From a virus, in IMG/VR virus record IMGVR_UViG_3300046820_000088, positions 38,424 through 102,423 of that record: a stretch of 64,000 nt of DNA. One strand, written 5' to 3'. Under the pieces are notes generated by a model. It made no database searches, was not told the DNA's origin, and saw only the letters and a list, made by a program, of their open reading frames with translations. The position numbers were made by a program, and so were the translations under genes. This document shows positions 9,259 to 18,315 of the stretch, one piece after another; within the stretch, counting starts at the first letter, position 1; each line of letters begins with the position of its first letter.

Positions 9259-10877
9259 TATTTTCCTAGATAGATATTTGGAAATGCTTTTTTAAAATCT
9301 GTTCCTCTTCGTTGATCGTGTTGTACAAAAAACTCAGATAGATTTTGAATATTAGTTTCTCTTATTTCAGCGGTGTATTTATTTTCTTCTATTAGCGCGA
9401 TGTTTCTTTTCAACTTCTCAACCTCGTAGGGTTTAAATCCAGTTAAAGATTTTTGATATATGTTTTCGTTGCAGTGTGTTTCCATCCATGTAAGTACTCC
9501 TTTCAAATGCTCTATATCTTTATCAGTAGCATTAAAAATATTAAGCCATTGGGGATTTCTTAATACTGGAATATCAAACCATACTCGTTGAAATGGTCTT
9601 ATTTTATATTTCATTTGAGCTAATACTGACCATTCTTTTCTCAACTGAAGAATCATTTCTAAGTATTCTTTTATATTAGGTATACTTAAAAGATTGAATG
9701 TATTGATAAAACTCACGCTGGTATTTCTGGTCTTACTTAAGAATGTTCTAGTATTTGTCAACATTCTATCAAAGTCAAGACCATTGCGTATATATTCGGC
9801 CTGCTCGCCTACGCTATCAACACTTACATAAAGTGTAAAATGTTTACAGGCTTTATCATTGTATTTGTAAAGATAAGTGAAGCTACCATCTTCAAGAGCG
9901 TGACCTATTACTGGAAATGTTTGAGGAATATCGAATCGTTCAATACTAGGAAGATCGCTGTTGTGATATTCTTTAGAGTCTTTACCGATGATAAAATGCT
10001 TCCACGAAGTCCAATCGCTTCCGTCTTTAGGATCAGGAACATAGCATTCTGCAGAATGTTCTACAGTATCTAATGCTTTAACTTTATCTACAAACTTATC
10101 AAACAGTTCCTGCTTCGGAGGGCACATGTTACTAGTAATGCTTAATTCTAGATTTTTATTAGGATTATCTTTTACGTAGTCTAGAACCTTAAAGGTATTT
10201 GCATCTAGCAAAGGTTCGCCGCCAGTCATGCGAAATACTTTGAGATTGGCGTATATGTCCGGCCACCATTTCCAGAAAGCTTCAACATAGGGATTATCTT
10301 TGTTTGCAAGACCGATTGGCATCAATCCAACATTTTTTAGAACAGCAATATTATTGTGTTCTTCTTTTCCTATGTTATAGGGACCGTATATTTCGATTTC
10401 GTTTTGCCATTCACTACTTAGGTGAGGACTACAGTAACTACATTTAAAGTTACATGTTTGATTGAAGTTTACTTCAACGTAAGTTGGCTTGACGTTAAAG
10501 TCAAACGGCTGACTGACAATCTCGTCGATTTTATCAACAGCCCAATGTTCGCTACTTCTGTAATATCTATCGCTAACGTGCCCGGCATCTTCAATCTTCC
10601 AGCAGTAATCACACCCTGTAGGTCGTTGACCTTCGAGCATCATTTTTCGTTCTTCGAACTTTTGATAGGTATTATGTAATGCACCAGGATCTAACTTTAG
10701 CTGATCTAAGTTAATCTGATGTGTGGGAGGGTGATAGCAACTATGTGTGCGACCATTAGTTAGATGCAAACTAACTTGAAGCCATTTGGCCGCACAGAAG
10801 CTCGGGCTTATACTGTCTATATGAGATTTTGATGAATCAAAACCTTTAACGTAAAAGTTGACTTTTTTTGTTTCCAC
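9258..10877 (-). CDS. radical SAM protein with N-terminal twitch-like domain (paralog of 7864-9258)
   Basis: CNFKCSYC, TGGEPL, SVDS; N-term CAAKW...HSCYH...CDYCW. Confidence 0.9.
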   Translation of the reverse strand: METKKVNFYVKGFDSSKSHIDSISPSFCAAKWLQVSLHLTNGRTHSCYHPPTHQINLDQLKLDPGALHNTYQKFEERKMMLEGQRPTGCDYCWKIEDAGHVSDRYYRSSEHWAVDKIDEIVSQPFDFNVKPTYVEVNFNQTCNFKCSYCSPHLSSEWQNEIEIYGPYNIGKEEHNNIAVLKNVGLMPIGLANKDNPYVEAFWKWWPDIYANLKVFRMTGGEPLLDANTFKVLDYVKDNPNKNLELSITSNMCPPKQELFDKFVDKVKALDTVEHSAECYVPDPKDGSDWTSWKHFIIGKDSKEYHNSDLPSIERFDIPQTFPVIGHALEDGSFTYLYKYNDKACKHFTLYVSVDSVGEQAEYIRNGLDFDRMLTNTRTFLSKTRNTSVSFINTFNLLSIPNIKEYLEMILQLRKEWSVLAQMKYKIRPFQRVWFDIPVLRNPQWLNIFNATDKDIEHLKGVLTWMETHCNENIYQKSLTGFKPYEVEKLKRNIALIEENKYTAEIRETNIQNLSEFFVQHDQRRGTDFKKAFPNIYLGK

Positions 10878-10878
10878 A

Positions 10879-11187
10879 TTATTCTAGTAAACTTTTACTT
10901 TTAGCAGTGACATCTTTTCTTAACCGTTCGACGTCCACTTTAAAATCTACTTTCTTGATTTCGTTTCTGTACTCGTAGAATGTTTCTAAAAGTTTATCTG
11001 CAACGACCTGTGCTTTTGTTTCTTGGATCTTATTCTTTATATCTATTTCCCAAACTCTACCGTTGGTAAACTCTAGACGAATATAATCTAGGTAAGCAAC
11101 CGGTAGAGTATTAATATAAAGGTCTTCAAAAATCTCAGGCCATTCTCTAACTAGGTCTAAAGGCGGTCTGAAGAAGTTTTTAGACAT
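10879..11187 (-). CDS. hypothetical phage protein
   Basis: Tightly packed in operon. Confidence 0.75.
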   Translation of the reverse strand: MSKNFFRPPLDLVREWPEIFEDLYINTLPVAYLDYIRLEFTNGRVWEIDIKNKIQETKAQVVADKLLETFYEYRNEIKKVDFKVDVERLRKDVTAKSKSLLE

Positions 11188-11839
11188 CAGCAGGTTCGTC
11201 GACCTTCTTAGTTACTTTCTTTACAGGTGGATCTAACGAATCTGCTTCTTTACGTAATCTAGCAGCTTCCTTATACATAGCATCTGCTTGACTACGATAT
11301 GATTTAGCAATGTCTTTGTCGCTTAACACTTCATTAGCCGCCGCCTTCAATGGCTCAACTCTTGTAGGAATGTTTGGCTCTCCGACATCTCTTCCTAGAT
11401 CTTTAACTTCTACGATTTCTTCTACAGAAGAATTCTTCTTAGGAGCACCTGCCACAAATGTATATAGATCATCTATAGCACAGTTTTTTTGTTCTGCAAT
11501 CAATACGTTTAGCTGATGAAGGTCGATAGCTGTTCCCGGAGTGGGGGTCATTTCGATAGAATCAGTAGGAACTTTTTGTAGAGCGCTGTCTGCATTTAAT
11601 GCCTGTAGCATCGGACGTCCGTCTGGAAATGTTCGTGTGAACATAATCTCGCCAAACTCAAATGCTTCTTGTGCTTGATCAGTTTCAACAACTTTCATGA
11701 TAGAATCATGATACTCATTTGAGAGTGGAGCAACTGGCAGTATCAATGCATAGTTTGATTCGCCGGGTAGTGTTCTAAACACTACTAATACTTTCGCCCC
11801 AGTTTTTTTAACCCTTCCAATGTGCTTTAACGATTTCAT
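11180..11839 (-). CDS. hypothetical phage protein with C-terminal coiled coil
   Basis: 219 aa ORF, ATGA overlap. Confidence 0.8.
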   Translation of the reverse strand: MKSLKHIGRVKKTGAKVLVVFRTLPGESNYALILPVAPLSNEYHDSIMKVVETDQAQEAFEFGEIMFTRTFPDGRPMLQALNADSALQKVPTDSIEMTPTPGTAIDLHQLNVLIAEQKNCAIDDLYTFVAGAPKKNSSVEEIVEVKDLGRDVGEPNIPTRVEPLKAAANEVLSDKDIAKSYRSQADAMYKEAARLRKEADSLDPPVKKVTKKVDEPADV

Positions 11840-12048
11840 TGTTGTTCCCTTTTAGCAACGGACTCTAAAAATGTATTGAGTTTGTTATAAACTTTACCTA
11901 CAGCTTCCATCTCAGCTGCTTTGAAAGCACCTCGTTGGCTTGCAATATCGATTACACTTTTTAATGCTACTAGATCAGAAATATTAAGATCTGGTGCAGC
12001 TTGTTGTGGAGCAGCTGGTGCAGCTTGCTCTTTTACTTCTTCGGTCAT
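11836..12048 (-). CDS. hypothetical phage protein
   Basis: AGGAG RBS; IDIASQRGAFKAAE motif. Confidence 0.75.
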   Translation of the reverse strand: MTEEVKEQAAPAAPQQAAPDLNISDLVALKSVIDIASQRGAFKAAEMEAVGKVYNKLNTFLESVAKREQQ

Positions 12049-12321
12049 TTAGTTTCTCCTTAAGTGAGGACAAGCTAACATAAAGTAGGTAAGTTCTTTC
12101 TGGTCCTCAAATCCAACAACTGTTGAAGATTTAAACTTTCCTTGTGAATCAACACCAGGATTTTTAAGAACAAAAAACCTGCCTTTTAGTTTGCTTTGAA
12201 TCCAGTTGATCATTTTCTCATTATAGTAATCGCTTTCGTGTAGCGTAGCTTTGTTAAAATGAACACATGCTACTTTTACACGACGTTGACCTAAAACATC
12301 TAATGGGTTTATATCAAACAT
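12049..12321 (-). CDS. hypothetical phage protein
   Basis: VGFEDQKELTYFML motif; TATAAATA upstream. Confidence 0.75.
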   Translation of the reverse strand: MFDINPLDVLGQRRVKVACVHFNKATLHESDYYNEKMINWIQSKLKGRFFVLKNPGVDSQGKFKSSTVVGFEDQKELTYFMLACPHLRRN

Positions 12322-12329
12322 AGTGTGAA

Positions 12330-12337
12330 TATTTATA
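12330..12337 (-). promoter_or_regulatory. T4-like late promoter TATAAATA
   Basis: Exact T4 late consensus 8 nt upstream of ATG 12321. Confidence 0.65.
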
Positions 12338-12345
12338 GAGTGGGG

Positions 12346-12747
12346 TTAATCTTGAGACGATTCTTGGTTTAATCGCTTGGATAATGCTTTGTTGTAGCCC
12401 ATTTTCCGTATATCTCCTGAAAACAGATATAACTCAAATGCTGCACGTTCTTTCATTACAGTGATAGATTTCTTTGTGATGTAAAAAGGGGATTCGATAT
12501 GTTGATCTAACCATACCAAGACTTGTGGAGTTATTCCAAAATCTGGAGGAAAGTCAACTTTGTATGTTTTTATTTTAGCATACTTTTCAATAAACTCCAA
12601 ACATTGATCAGTCATTCGGAGTCCGCCGCTGTGCTTGTCTCTGATGTTCCACCACCAAACGGCTTTGTATTTCTTTCTTAACTCTTCATTAGCTTCAATA
12701 CCAGCAGCTTTCAAAAAAACTGAAGTATAAGCATCTTTAAGTTCCAT
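12346..12747 (-). CDS. hypothetical phage protein
   Basis: Abuts the upstream gene; GGLRMT motif. Confidence 0.75.
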   Translation of the reverse strand: MELKDAYTSVFLKAAGIEANEELRKKYKAVWWWNIRDKHSGGLRMTDQCLEFIEKYAKIKTYKVDFPPDFGITPQVLVWLDQHIESPFYITKKSITVMKERAAFELYLFSGDIRKMGYNKALSKRLNQESSQD

Positions 12748-13032
12748 TTACTTAATTTCTTCACCTTGTGTCAACTTATATACTGCAAAATCATTAGTCT
12801 TAAACAGTTTGTTTAGTTTTTTGGCTAGATTATGAGCATGGCCTGGATTCGAAAAGCTGACCTTTTTATATTTTGGTCCAGGATAACTAGCAACTAAACT
12901 ACCACTTTTTAAATTAAATGGTTGCCCTTTATAAAAAACAGCCCAGATGGCTTCGCTTTCAAGGATCTGTTCGATCTTGAAGTTTTCCTTGTTAGCATAT
13001 TCGAGAATCACTCGAGGTTTTGGTCGACTCAT
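12748..13032 (-). CDS. hypothetical phage protein
   Basis: MSRPKP...YPGPKYKKVSFSNPGHA. Confidence 0.75.
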   Translation of the reverse strand: MSRPKPRVILEYANKENFKIEQILESEAIWAVFYKGQPFNLKSGSLVASYPGPKYKKVSFSNPGHAHNLAKKLNKLFKTNDFAVYKLTQGEEIK

Positions 13033-13061
13033 ATATACGTGTTCCTAATTAACCACGTATA

Positions 13062-13069
13062 TATTTATC
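13062..13069 (-). promoter_or_regulatory. late promoter-like GATAAATA
   Basis: Intergenic TAAATA motif upstream of ORF 13032. Confidence 0.55.
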
Positions 13070-13072
13070 TTT

Positions 13073-13321
13073 TTAGAACGCCCCGCCGTCGAACTTAACT
13101 TCTACACTAGATGTAGATGCTTTTATTTCGGACAACATTTGATGTATCTCTTGGACTGTCTTACCAAGTTTAGATGTCATAATAGCTAATTCATTAGTAA
13201 GATCTCTTGCCTCTTGAATAGATATTCGAATATCTTTCTGTTGGGACTTTTCGGCAGCATTTACTCGTTGAATGAGTTTTTCAACACTGGGTAGATTGTT
13301 TGGCAGATTACTTTGAGACAT
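13073..13321 (-). CDS. hypothetical phage protein (coiled coil)
   Basis: Operon packing. Confidence 0.7.
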   Translation of the reverse strand: MSQSNLPNNLPSVEKLIQRVNAAEKSQQKDIRISIQEARDLTNELAIMTSKLGKTVQEIHQMLSEIKASTSSVEVKFDGGAF

Positions 13322-13778
13322 TTGACAGTACCTGCTTCATTTCTATTTCAGTTTTAAACGGACCTTTGTAGTCATATCGTTGCAATGTAATCAGTTTAGG
13401 ACAGTGCGACTTAACCCACCCTTTTTCGAACTTAATAACATAGTAACCAGCACAATAAAGACTTTTACTATCTCCGCTTTTAGTAAATAACGGTAGTTTT
13501 CTTTTAACATCAAACATTGCGTTGTGCGGAGTAGCAGATGTAGAATATCCGTGTACTTCATTGGGTTCGGCGTTGTCTGCTTCTTTAACAATCTTAACTG
13601 TAAAAAAGTCTTTACCGAATTGATCTGTTAGACTTTCTTTATTGTCGTAGATCTTAATCCCTGACTCATTGCTGAGAACAAAACGATCATCTTCGTTCTT
13701 TCTAAGTGTTGCAAACTTTGAACCGTTTTGTTCTACAATCCAAAACTTATCTTGAATAATCGGTTTTGCTTGAATCAT
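13308..13778 (-). CDS. hypothetical phage protein
   Basis: GAGG RBS before MIQAKP; YCAGYY...CPKLITL. Confidence 0.75.
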   Translation of the reverse strand: MIQAKPIIQDKFWIVEQNGSKFATLRKNEDDRFVLSNESGIKIYDNKESLTDQFGKDFFTVKIVKEADNAEPNEVHGYSTSATPHNAMFDVKRKLPLFTKSGDSKSLYCAGYYVIKFEKGWVKSHCPKLITLQRYDYKGPFKTEIEMKQVLSNVSK

Positions 13779-13800
13779 TTCTGTTTCCTCGCATGTATCA

Positions 13801-14805
13801 TTATGCTGTAATACTTTCATTGTTGTATCTTGCATTTAGTGGTTCCGCATAGCTTTGAGCTTGTTCGGAGATTTTTTTCAGATCATATAAACCACAGAAC
13901 TTCATCAGTCTAAGACCAACTTGATTAATATTCTTGTTAAGAGAAGTTGCTTCGGCAATAGTTTCAGCAATACGCATTTTAATATCATCGGGTTGATGGT
14001 TTAAATCAATAAGTCTTCGATTTCGTTCGTAGTCATCGATTACTCTGTGTTCGACACCTTCGTGGTCAGTCCATCTCTGTAACATGAGATTGTTCCAGGC
14101 ATATCCTTTGCTTTTACGATCTTCGAACGCTTCAGTAAGACCCACTTTTTTGCTTGTGCCTTTAGTACGTACACCCGGATACGCCGAGAAGACATTATCA
14201 CTGGTATCACCGCGCATACATTTTTCGAACAAGAGCCACTCTGGATTTGGAGCTGCTTTTTCTTCTTGAGTTTTTTTGTCGATGATCGGTTTGCCTTTAT
14301 CATCAAAGTAGCCTTCGTGTGTAATAGTAGTTTCTTGAACACCGTTGTATTGTTTTACATTGGGCGCGATTAACTGCACAAAGTCTGTGTCTGTAGAGAT
14401 AATAACGTGATTATCGTTCGGATGACTTTGTATCCATCCTGCAATTAAATCATCAGCTTCTAAAGAAGCGTGTTGCATTACAGTGCAGTTAGTTTTTTCT
14501 TTGACAAAATCTTTGAATGTGTCAAATGCTTCCCAAAAAACTTTTTCTTCTTCAGCTTCTCGTTCTGTGTGTGCAGCGCGAGCATCTGATCGATTGCGTT
14601 TGTAAGGAGCATAGTAGTCTTTACGCCAGCTACGACCTTCTAAGCAAAAGATAACATGACTACCATTAAACTGATTCCATGCTTTTCGAATACTGTTTAA
14701 TGTAATATGAAAGGCCATGCCGAGTTTAATATCGGCGTCGCCGTTGATAACGTGTCTAGCACGAAAAAATGTATTAGCTGTGTCTACTAAAATGTATGTT
14801 TTCAT
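13801..14805 (-). CDS. rnh: T4-like RNase H / 5'-3' exonuclease (FEN family)
   Basis: LVDTAN, YKRNR, LEADDLI, STDTDF, GDTSDNV motifs. Confidence 0.9.
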   Translation of the reverse strand: MKTYILVDTANTFFRARHVINGDADIKLGMAFHITLNSIRKAWNQFNGSHVIFCLEGRSWRKDYYAPYKRNRSDARAAHTEREAEEEKVFWEAFDTFKDFVKEKTNCTVMQHASLEADDLIAGWIQSHPNDNHVIISTDTDFVQLIAPNVKQYNGVQETTITHEGYFDDKGKPIIDKKTQEEKAAPNPEWLLFEKCMRGDTSDNVFSAYPGVRTKGTSKKVGLTEAFEDRKSKGYAWNNLMLQRWTDHEGVEHRVIDDYERNRRLIDLNHQPDDIKMRIAETIAEATSLNKNINQVGLRLMKFCGLYDLKKISEQAQSYAEPLNARYNNESITA

Positions 14806-15263
14806 TGTTGTTCTTTTTTAAGGCGTTCTTTTAGACTACCAGAATCTATAGGACCGCCATAATCTCCGTCAACAACTACGTTTGCACATAGTTCTCGAAA
14901 CCATCGATCAACGATTTCTTCATCGGGATCTCCGTCGGAGCCGTAACCCTCTTGTTTTAATTTTAACACAAAATACTCATTCCAGTCAAGCTCTAAGAAC
15001 CCGTTGCGAATATTATCTTCGTTAACATGAGTATTAAGTACTCCTACCCAGGATTCTTTTTTACGAGTTGCACGTTCTTTTGGACTGAGTTTTGATAGTT
15101 CTTCAGCTTCTTTTGCTTTTTCAGCTTCTTGCCTAGCACGTTCTGCTTCACGCTGATGAGCTGCTGTTTCTTCTACAGCCTGCATTAGTTTCGATTCTGC
15201 ATCTGCAATAGTCTTTTCTAACTTATCTACACCAGTAATCTTTTTAAAGAATTTTCCTAACAT
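14802..15263 (-). CDS. hypothetical phage protein
   Basis: Coiled coil plus ELDWNEYFV motif. Confidence 0.75.
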   Translation of the reverse strand: MLGKFFKKITGVDKLEKTIADAESKLMQAVEETAAHQREAERARQEAEKAKEAEELSKLSPKERATRKKESWVGVLNTHVNEDNIRNGFLELDWNEYFVLKLKQEGYGSDGDPDEEIVDRWFRELCANVVVDGDYGGPIDSGSLKERLKKEQQ

Positions 15264-16102
15264 TATGTTCCCCACTCGTTTTTAAACAACGGCACTTGTA
15301 ATCGATCACTGTATCGTAAGCCATTCTTCATTGCTAAATCTGCCACTGTTCGATTGTTTAGTGTGTAAACACTTTCGACGCCACCTACTGGCATTAGATA
15401 AACGTGTCCTTTAAATCCAGCCGCACGATACGCACCAATAGCACACTCTGCATCAGCAAAGTCTTGTTCTGTAGCAATAACAAACTTTAGATAAGCTGTG
15501 CCAACTTGTTCGTATTCGCATACAACGTCTGGCAGGATGGCTTCTTCCCACTTCTCGCCACTGCATGGAAGTTTAGCACTTACACTGAATGTGATTTCTC
15601 TATCAGTTCTGCCAGCCCACATATTCAAATAAGATTTAAATTCTTCTGTTAGCTTTTGAGTACCGTTTGTTTCAAACGTAATTTCTTTAAGCCCACGCAT
15701 TTTATTGTGTTCTAGCAAATCTGGATAAGCACGTTGCCAACCCAGCAACGGCTCACCACCTGTAATTACAAGATGTTCGTCCCGCCATTCTTTGTACGGT
15801 AGCGTATCCACAATAGCATCGGCAATTGAATCAGAAGAAAGAACGGGAGATAGATGCTTAAAGCGAGGATCCCAGCTAGCGTAACTATCACAACCTGTAC
15901 TAACCAAAGGTAACGATTTGTACTCGGAGTAAAGAGACGGGTTAATATTTTCTGCTTCATTGCTAAGTTCTCCTCTAGTCATACCAAACCCTGCACATTT
16001 GAAGTTACACCCAAATGTACGTAAGAAAACAGAAGGAACTCCCATGTAACGTCCTTCGCCTTGTATGCTGTAGAACAGCTCTGCTATTTTAATTTTACTC
16101 AT
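15263..16102 (-). CDS. queE: 7-carboxy-7-deazaguanine synthase (radical SAM)
   Basis: ELFYSIQGEG, FLRTFGCNFKC, TGGEP, ETNGT, YLMP, SDRLQ; lies near folE. Confidence 0.88.
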   Translation of the reverse strand: MSKIKIAELFYSIQGEGRYMGVPSVFLRTFGCNFKCAGFGMTRGELSNEAENINPSLYSEYKSLPLVSTGCDSYASWDPRFKHLSPVLSSDSIADAIVDTLPYKEWRDEHLVITGGEPLLGWQRAYPDLLEHNKMRGLKEITFETNGTQKLTEEFKSYLNMWAGRTDREITFSVSAKLPCSGEKWEEAILPDVVCEYEQVGTAYLKFVIATEQDFADAECAIGAYRAAGFKGHVYLMPVGGVESVYTLNNRTVADLAMKNGLRYSDRLQVPLFKNEWGT

Positions 16103-16367
16103 AAATGTTTGACCACTTCTTTAGTTTTTCGATCTTAGCAGCCTTAGCAGATTCTAAGTGACTATTAGCAACAATGCCTTTTTCAAGAAGGATGTCGATC
16201 ATTGCTAACACATCGCCGATTTCTTCTTCTAGGTGTTCACGATTTGTTTTAGGTTTTCCTGGTTTGAGATTATCAATACCGAACCTGCTGATTTTGCTTA
16301 CAGCTTGAATAACCTCTGCACATTCTTCTTGCAGAATATCCATAACTTCTTTTGTTTGTGTATTCAT
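16095..16367 (-). CDS. MazG-like NTP pyrophosphohydrolase
   Basis: QEECAEVIQA...LEEEIGDVL. Confidence 0.8.
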   Translation of the reverse strand: MNTQTKEVMDILQEECAEVIQAVSKISRFGIDNLKPGKPKTNREHLEEEIGDVLAMIDILLEKGIVANSHLESAKAAKIEKLKKWSNIYE

Positions 16368-16555
16368 GTTGTTATTTTACTACCTTTCATATATTCTTGT
16401 CTACGTTTGCGACATTCTTCTTTTACTGCTGGAGGCACATCTGGATGCCATTCGGCTACTCTACAATCATATATTTTTTCTTCAGTGTCTGGTAAAATCC
16501 AAGCCAGACCAAAAATAAATGCAATACCGGCAATAAATCCTATGATATATTTCAT
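16364..16555 (-). CDS. small membrane protein
   Basis: N-terminal hydrophobic helix; ATGA overlap with upstream gene. Confidence 0.65.
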   Translation of the reverse strand: MKYIIGFIAGIAFIFGLAWILPDTEEKIYDCRVAEWHPDVPPAVKEECRKRRQEYMKGSKITT

Positions 16556-17022
16556 GTTGCCTTTGATTTGTTGTATCTTTCTTGTAGATACTGTTCGTGT
16601 TGAACCCATTTATTATTAACTAAAAATCCCCATTCTCTTTTCTTGGGGCCTGGCATGAACAGAGTCCATGCTGTCACGTTAGGATCAAGCTCAATACGAT
16701 GATAGCTGTTAGCCCCACATACACGAAAATGGCCGGGTCCTCGCCATACACATATTTCAGCAATCTTGTCGCCTTTGTTGTTAAACTGAGGAAGCCATTC
16801 ATAATATCCGCCCTTTAGAATAAGTGTTGCATACGGCCACGGATGGTCATGCACATCATCCGGGTCACCTTTTAAAAACTTATGTAGGAATACATTGAAC
16901 GGAAAGTTCTCTCGATCTTTTAAGAACAGATAATAACGTTCTAAGTACGGCTCGTCACTTTGACGGTCCATGACAATACGCTTACGACCCATGCGTTCTA
17001 AAAGATTGAGAAACCATTTCAT
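16552..17022 (-). CDS. cupin-fold (dioxygenase-like) phage protein
   Basis: HDHPW...GGYYE...HRIEL metal-binding pattern. Confidence 0.65.
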   Translation of the reverse strand: MKWFLNLLERMGRKRIVMDRQSDEPYLERYYLFLKDRENFPFNVFLHKFLKGDPDDVHDHPWPYATLILKGGYYEWLPQFNNKGDKIAEICVWRGPGHFRVCGANSYHRIELDPNVTAWTLFMPGPKKREWGFLVNNKWVQHEQYLQERYNKSKAT

Positions 17023-17234
17023 TTACATGTCTCCAGGTATTCATTAAGTCTGTGTGCAGCTTCGTCGAAATCAACAGCCCAAACTTTAGCTGCAATTTCT
17101 TCACCGTTGATCTGCATATCAAAAGGAACAACACCGTTGAATCTAAATCCCTCGGGTACCGTTGTAGTAACTACAAACTCGTTTAGATTCTTAGCTCTAA
17201 AGATAAGATTATTAGCCATGTCTACTGAGTTCAT
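17019..17234 (-). CDS. hypothetical protein
   Basis: GGAG RBS, operon packing. Confidence 0.7.
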   Translation of the reverse strand: MNSVDMANNLIFRAKNLNEFVVTTTVPEGFRFNGVVPFDMQINGEEIAAKVWAVDFDEAAHRLNEYLETCK

Positions 17235-17236
17235 AC

Positions 17237-17440
17237 TTACTCCCTAAAGTACTTTTCCATCATTTCTAGTTTGTCATGATATTCAGCAATCAGATCAACT
17301 TCTTTCTCGATAGCATCCATTAGATCTGAATGATCGTGAATAGCTGTAGGATTGTTTAACATAATGTCAACATTCATTTTATGTTTACGAATGTGTGCTT
17401 CGAAGTGCTGTTTAAGAACACTGATCATTTCATTTCTCAT
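17237..17440 (-). CDS. hypothetical protein
   Basis: AAGGA RBS. Confidence 0.7.
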   Translation of the reverse strand: MRNEMISVLKQHFEAHIRKHKMNVDIMLNNPTAIHDHSDLMDAIEKEVDLIAEYHDKLEMMEKYFRE

Positions 17441-17449
17441 AATATCCTT

Positions 17450-18274
17450 TTATCGTGGTGCAAACTCTTGTTGCAGTTTAATGTTATCAAAGAACTCTTT
17501 CTTAGTGTTACCGTCGTCTTTAAACGCACCTTTAAGCACAGTAGTCTGTGTAAGACTGGAGTGTGCCATAATGCCGCGATTCTCACAGCAACCATGCACT
17601 GCTTGAATGTAAACGCCTAAATCTTCTGCTCCAGTAGCCTTAGCAATTTCTCGAGCGATATCATTAGCCAGTTCTTCTTGAAGTGTACCACGGCGAGCGC
17701 ACCACTGAGCAATACGAGTGTACTTGCTAAGACCAATGAGCTTTTGAGCGGCAATAATCCCAATATAAGCAACGCCACTAACAGGCTGGTGGTGATGTGA
17801 ACACATACTACGAAGCTCACTACGTACCACCAGCATACCTTCGTATCGATCTTCGCTATCATTTGGAAAAGCCGTTGCATCCGGGGGTGCTTCATATCTA
17901 CCTGCCATTATTTCGTTGAAGTACATTTTCGCAAGACGTCTTGCAGTACCTTTAGAGTTGGGATCGTTGTCGCGATCAATCAGCAGACGATCAAGCACTA
18001 GTTCAAATGCTTCTGTTGCTTCGTCGATTAGTTTTTCTTTATCGCCTTCGCTTAGGTATTCACTAATGTTATCGCCCGCCCAGAAACGTTTATTATCACG
18101 TTTCATTTTAAAACGAAGTGTGTCTCCGAGATATGCTTCTTCGTAGCCTTTATCAGACATTGCATCTGAAGCCTTAACATATACTTCTTTCTTTAAGGGA
18201 ACGTATGTATCTTCTTTAAAATCTGGTTTAAGATTGGATTCTATTACTGGGTCTAGTTTAAATGTATTTGTCAA
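17450..18274 (-). CDS. folE: GTP cyclohydrolase I
   Basis: SMCSHH, IGLSK, LQEEL, HGCCENRG. Confidence 0.93.
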   Translation of the reverse strand: MTNTFKLDPVIESNLKPDFKEDTYVPLKKEVYVKASDAMSDKGYEEAYLGDTLRFKMKRDNKRFWAGDNISEYLSEGDKEKLIDEATEAFELVLDRLLIDRDNDPNSKGTARRLAKMYFNEIMAGRYEAPPDATAFPNDSEDRYEGMLVVRSELRSMCSHHHQPVSGVAYIGIIAAQKLIGLSKYTRIAQWCARRGTLQEELANDIAREIAKATGAEDLGVYIQAVHGCCENRGIMAHSSLTQTTVLKGAFKDDGNTKKEFFDNIKLQQEFAPR

Positions 18275-18315
18275 TTATTATTCTCCGAGTTAGTGTCGTG
18301 GATGACATCATATAG

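Noticed and set aside
18275-18315. preQ1 riboswitch upstream of folE
   Set aside because: No recognisable preQ1-I stem-loop and A-rich tail; only a weak 4-bp hairpin
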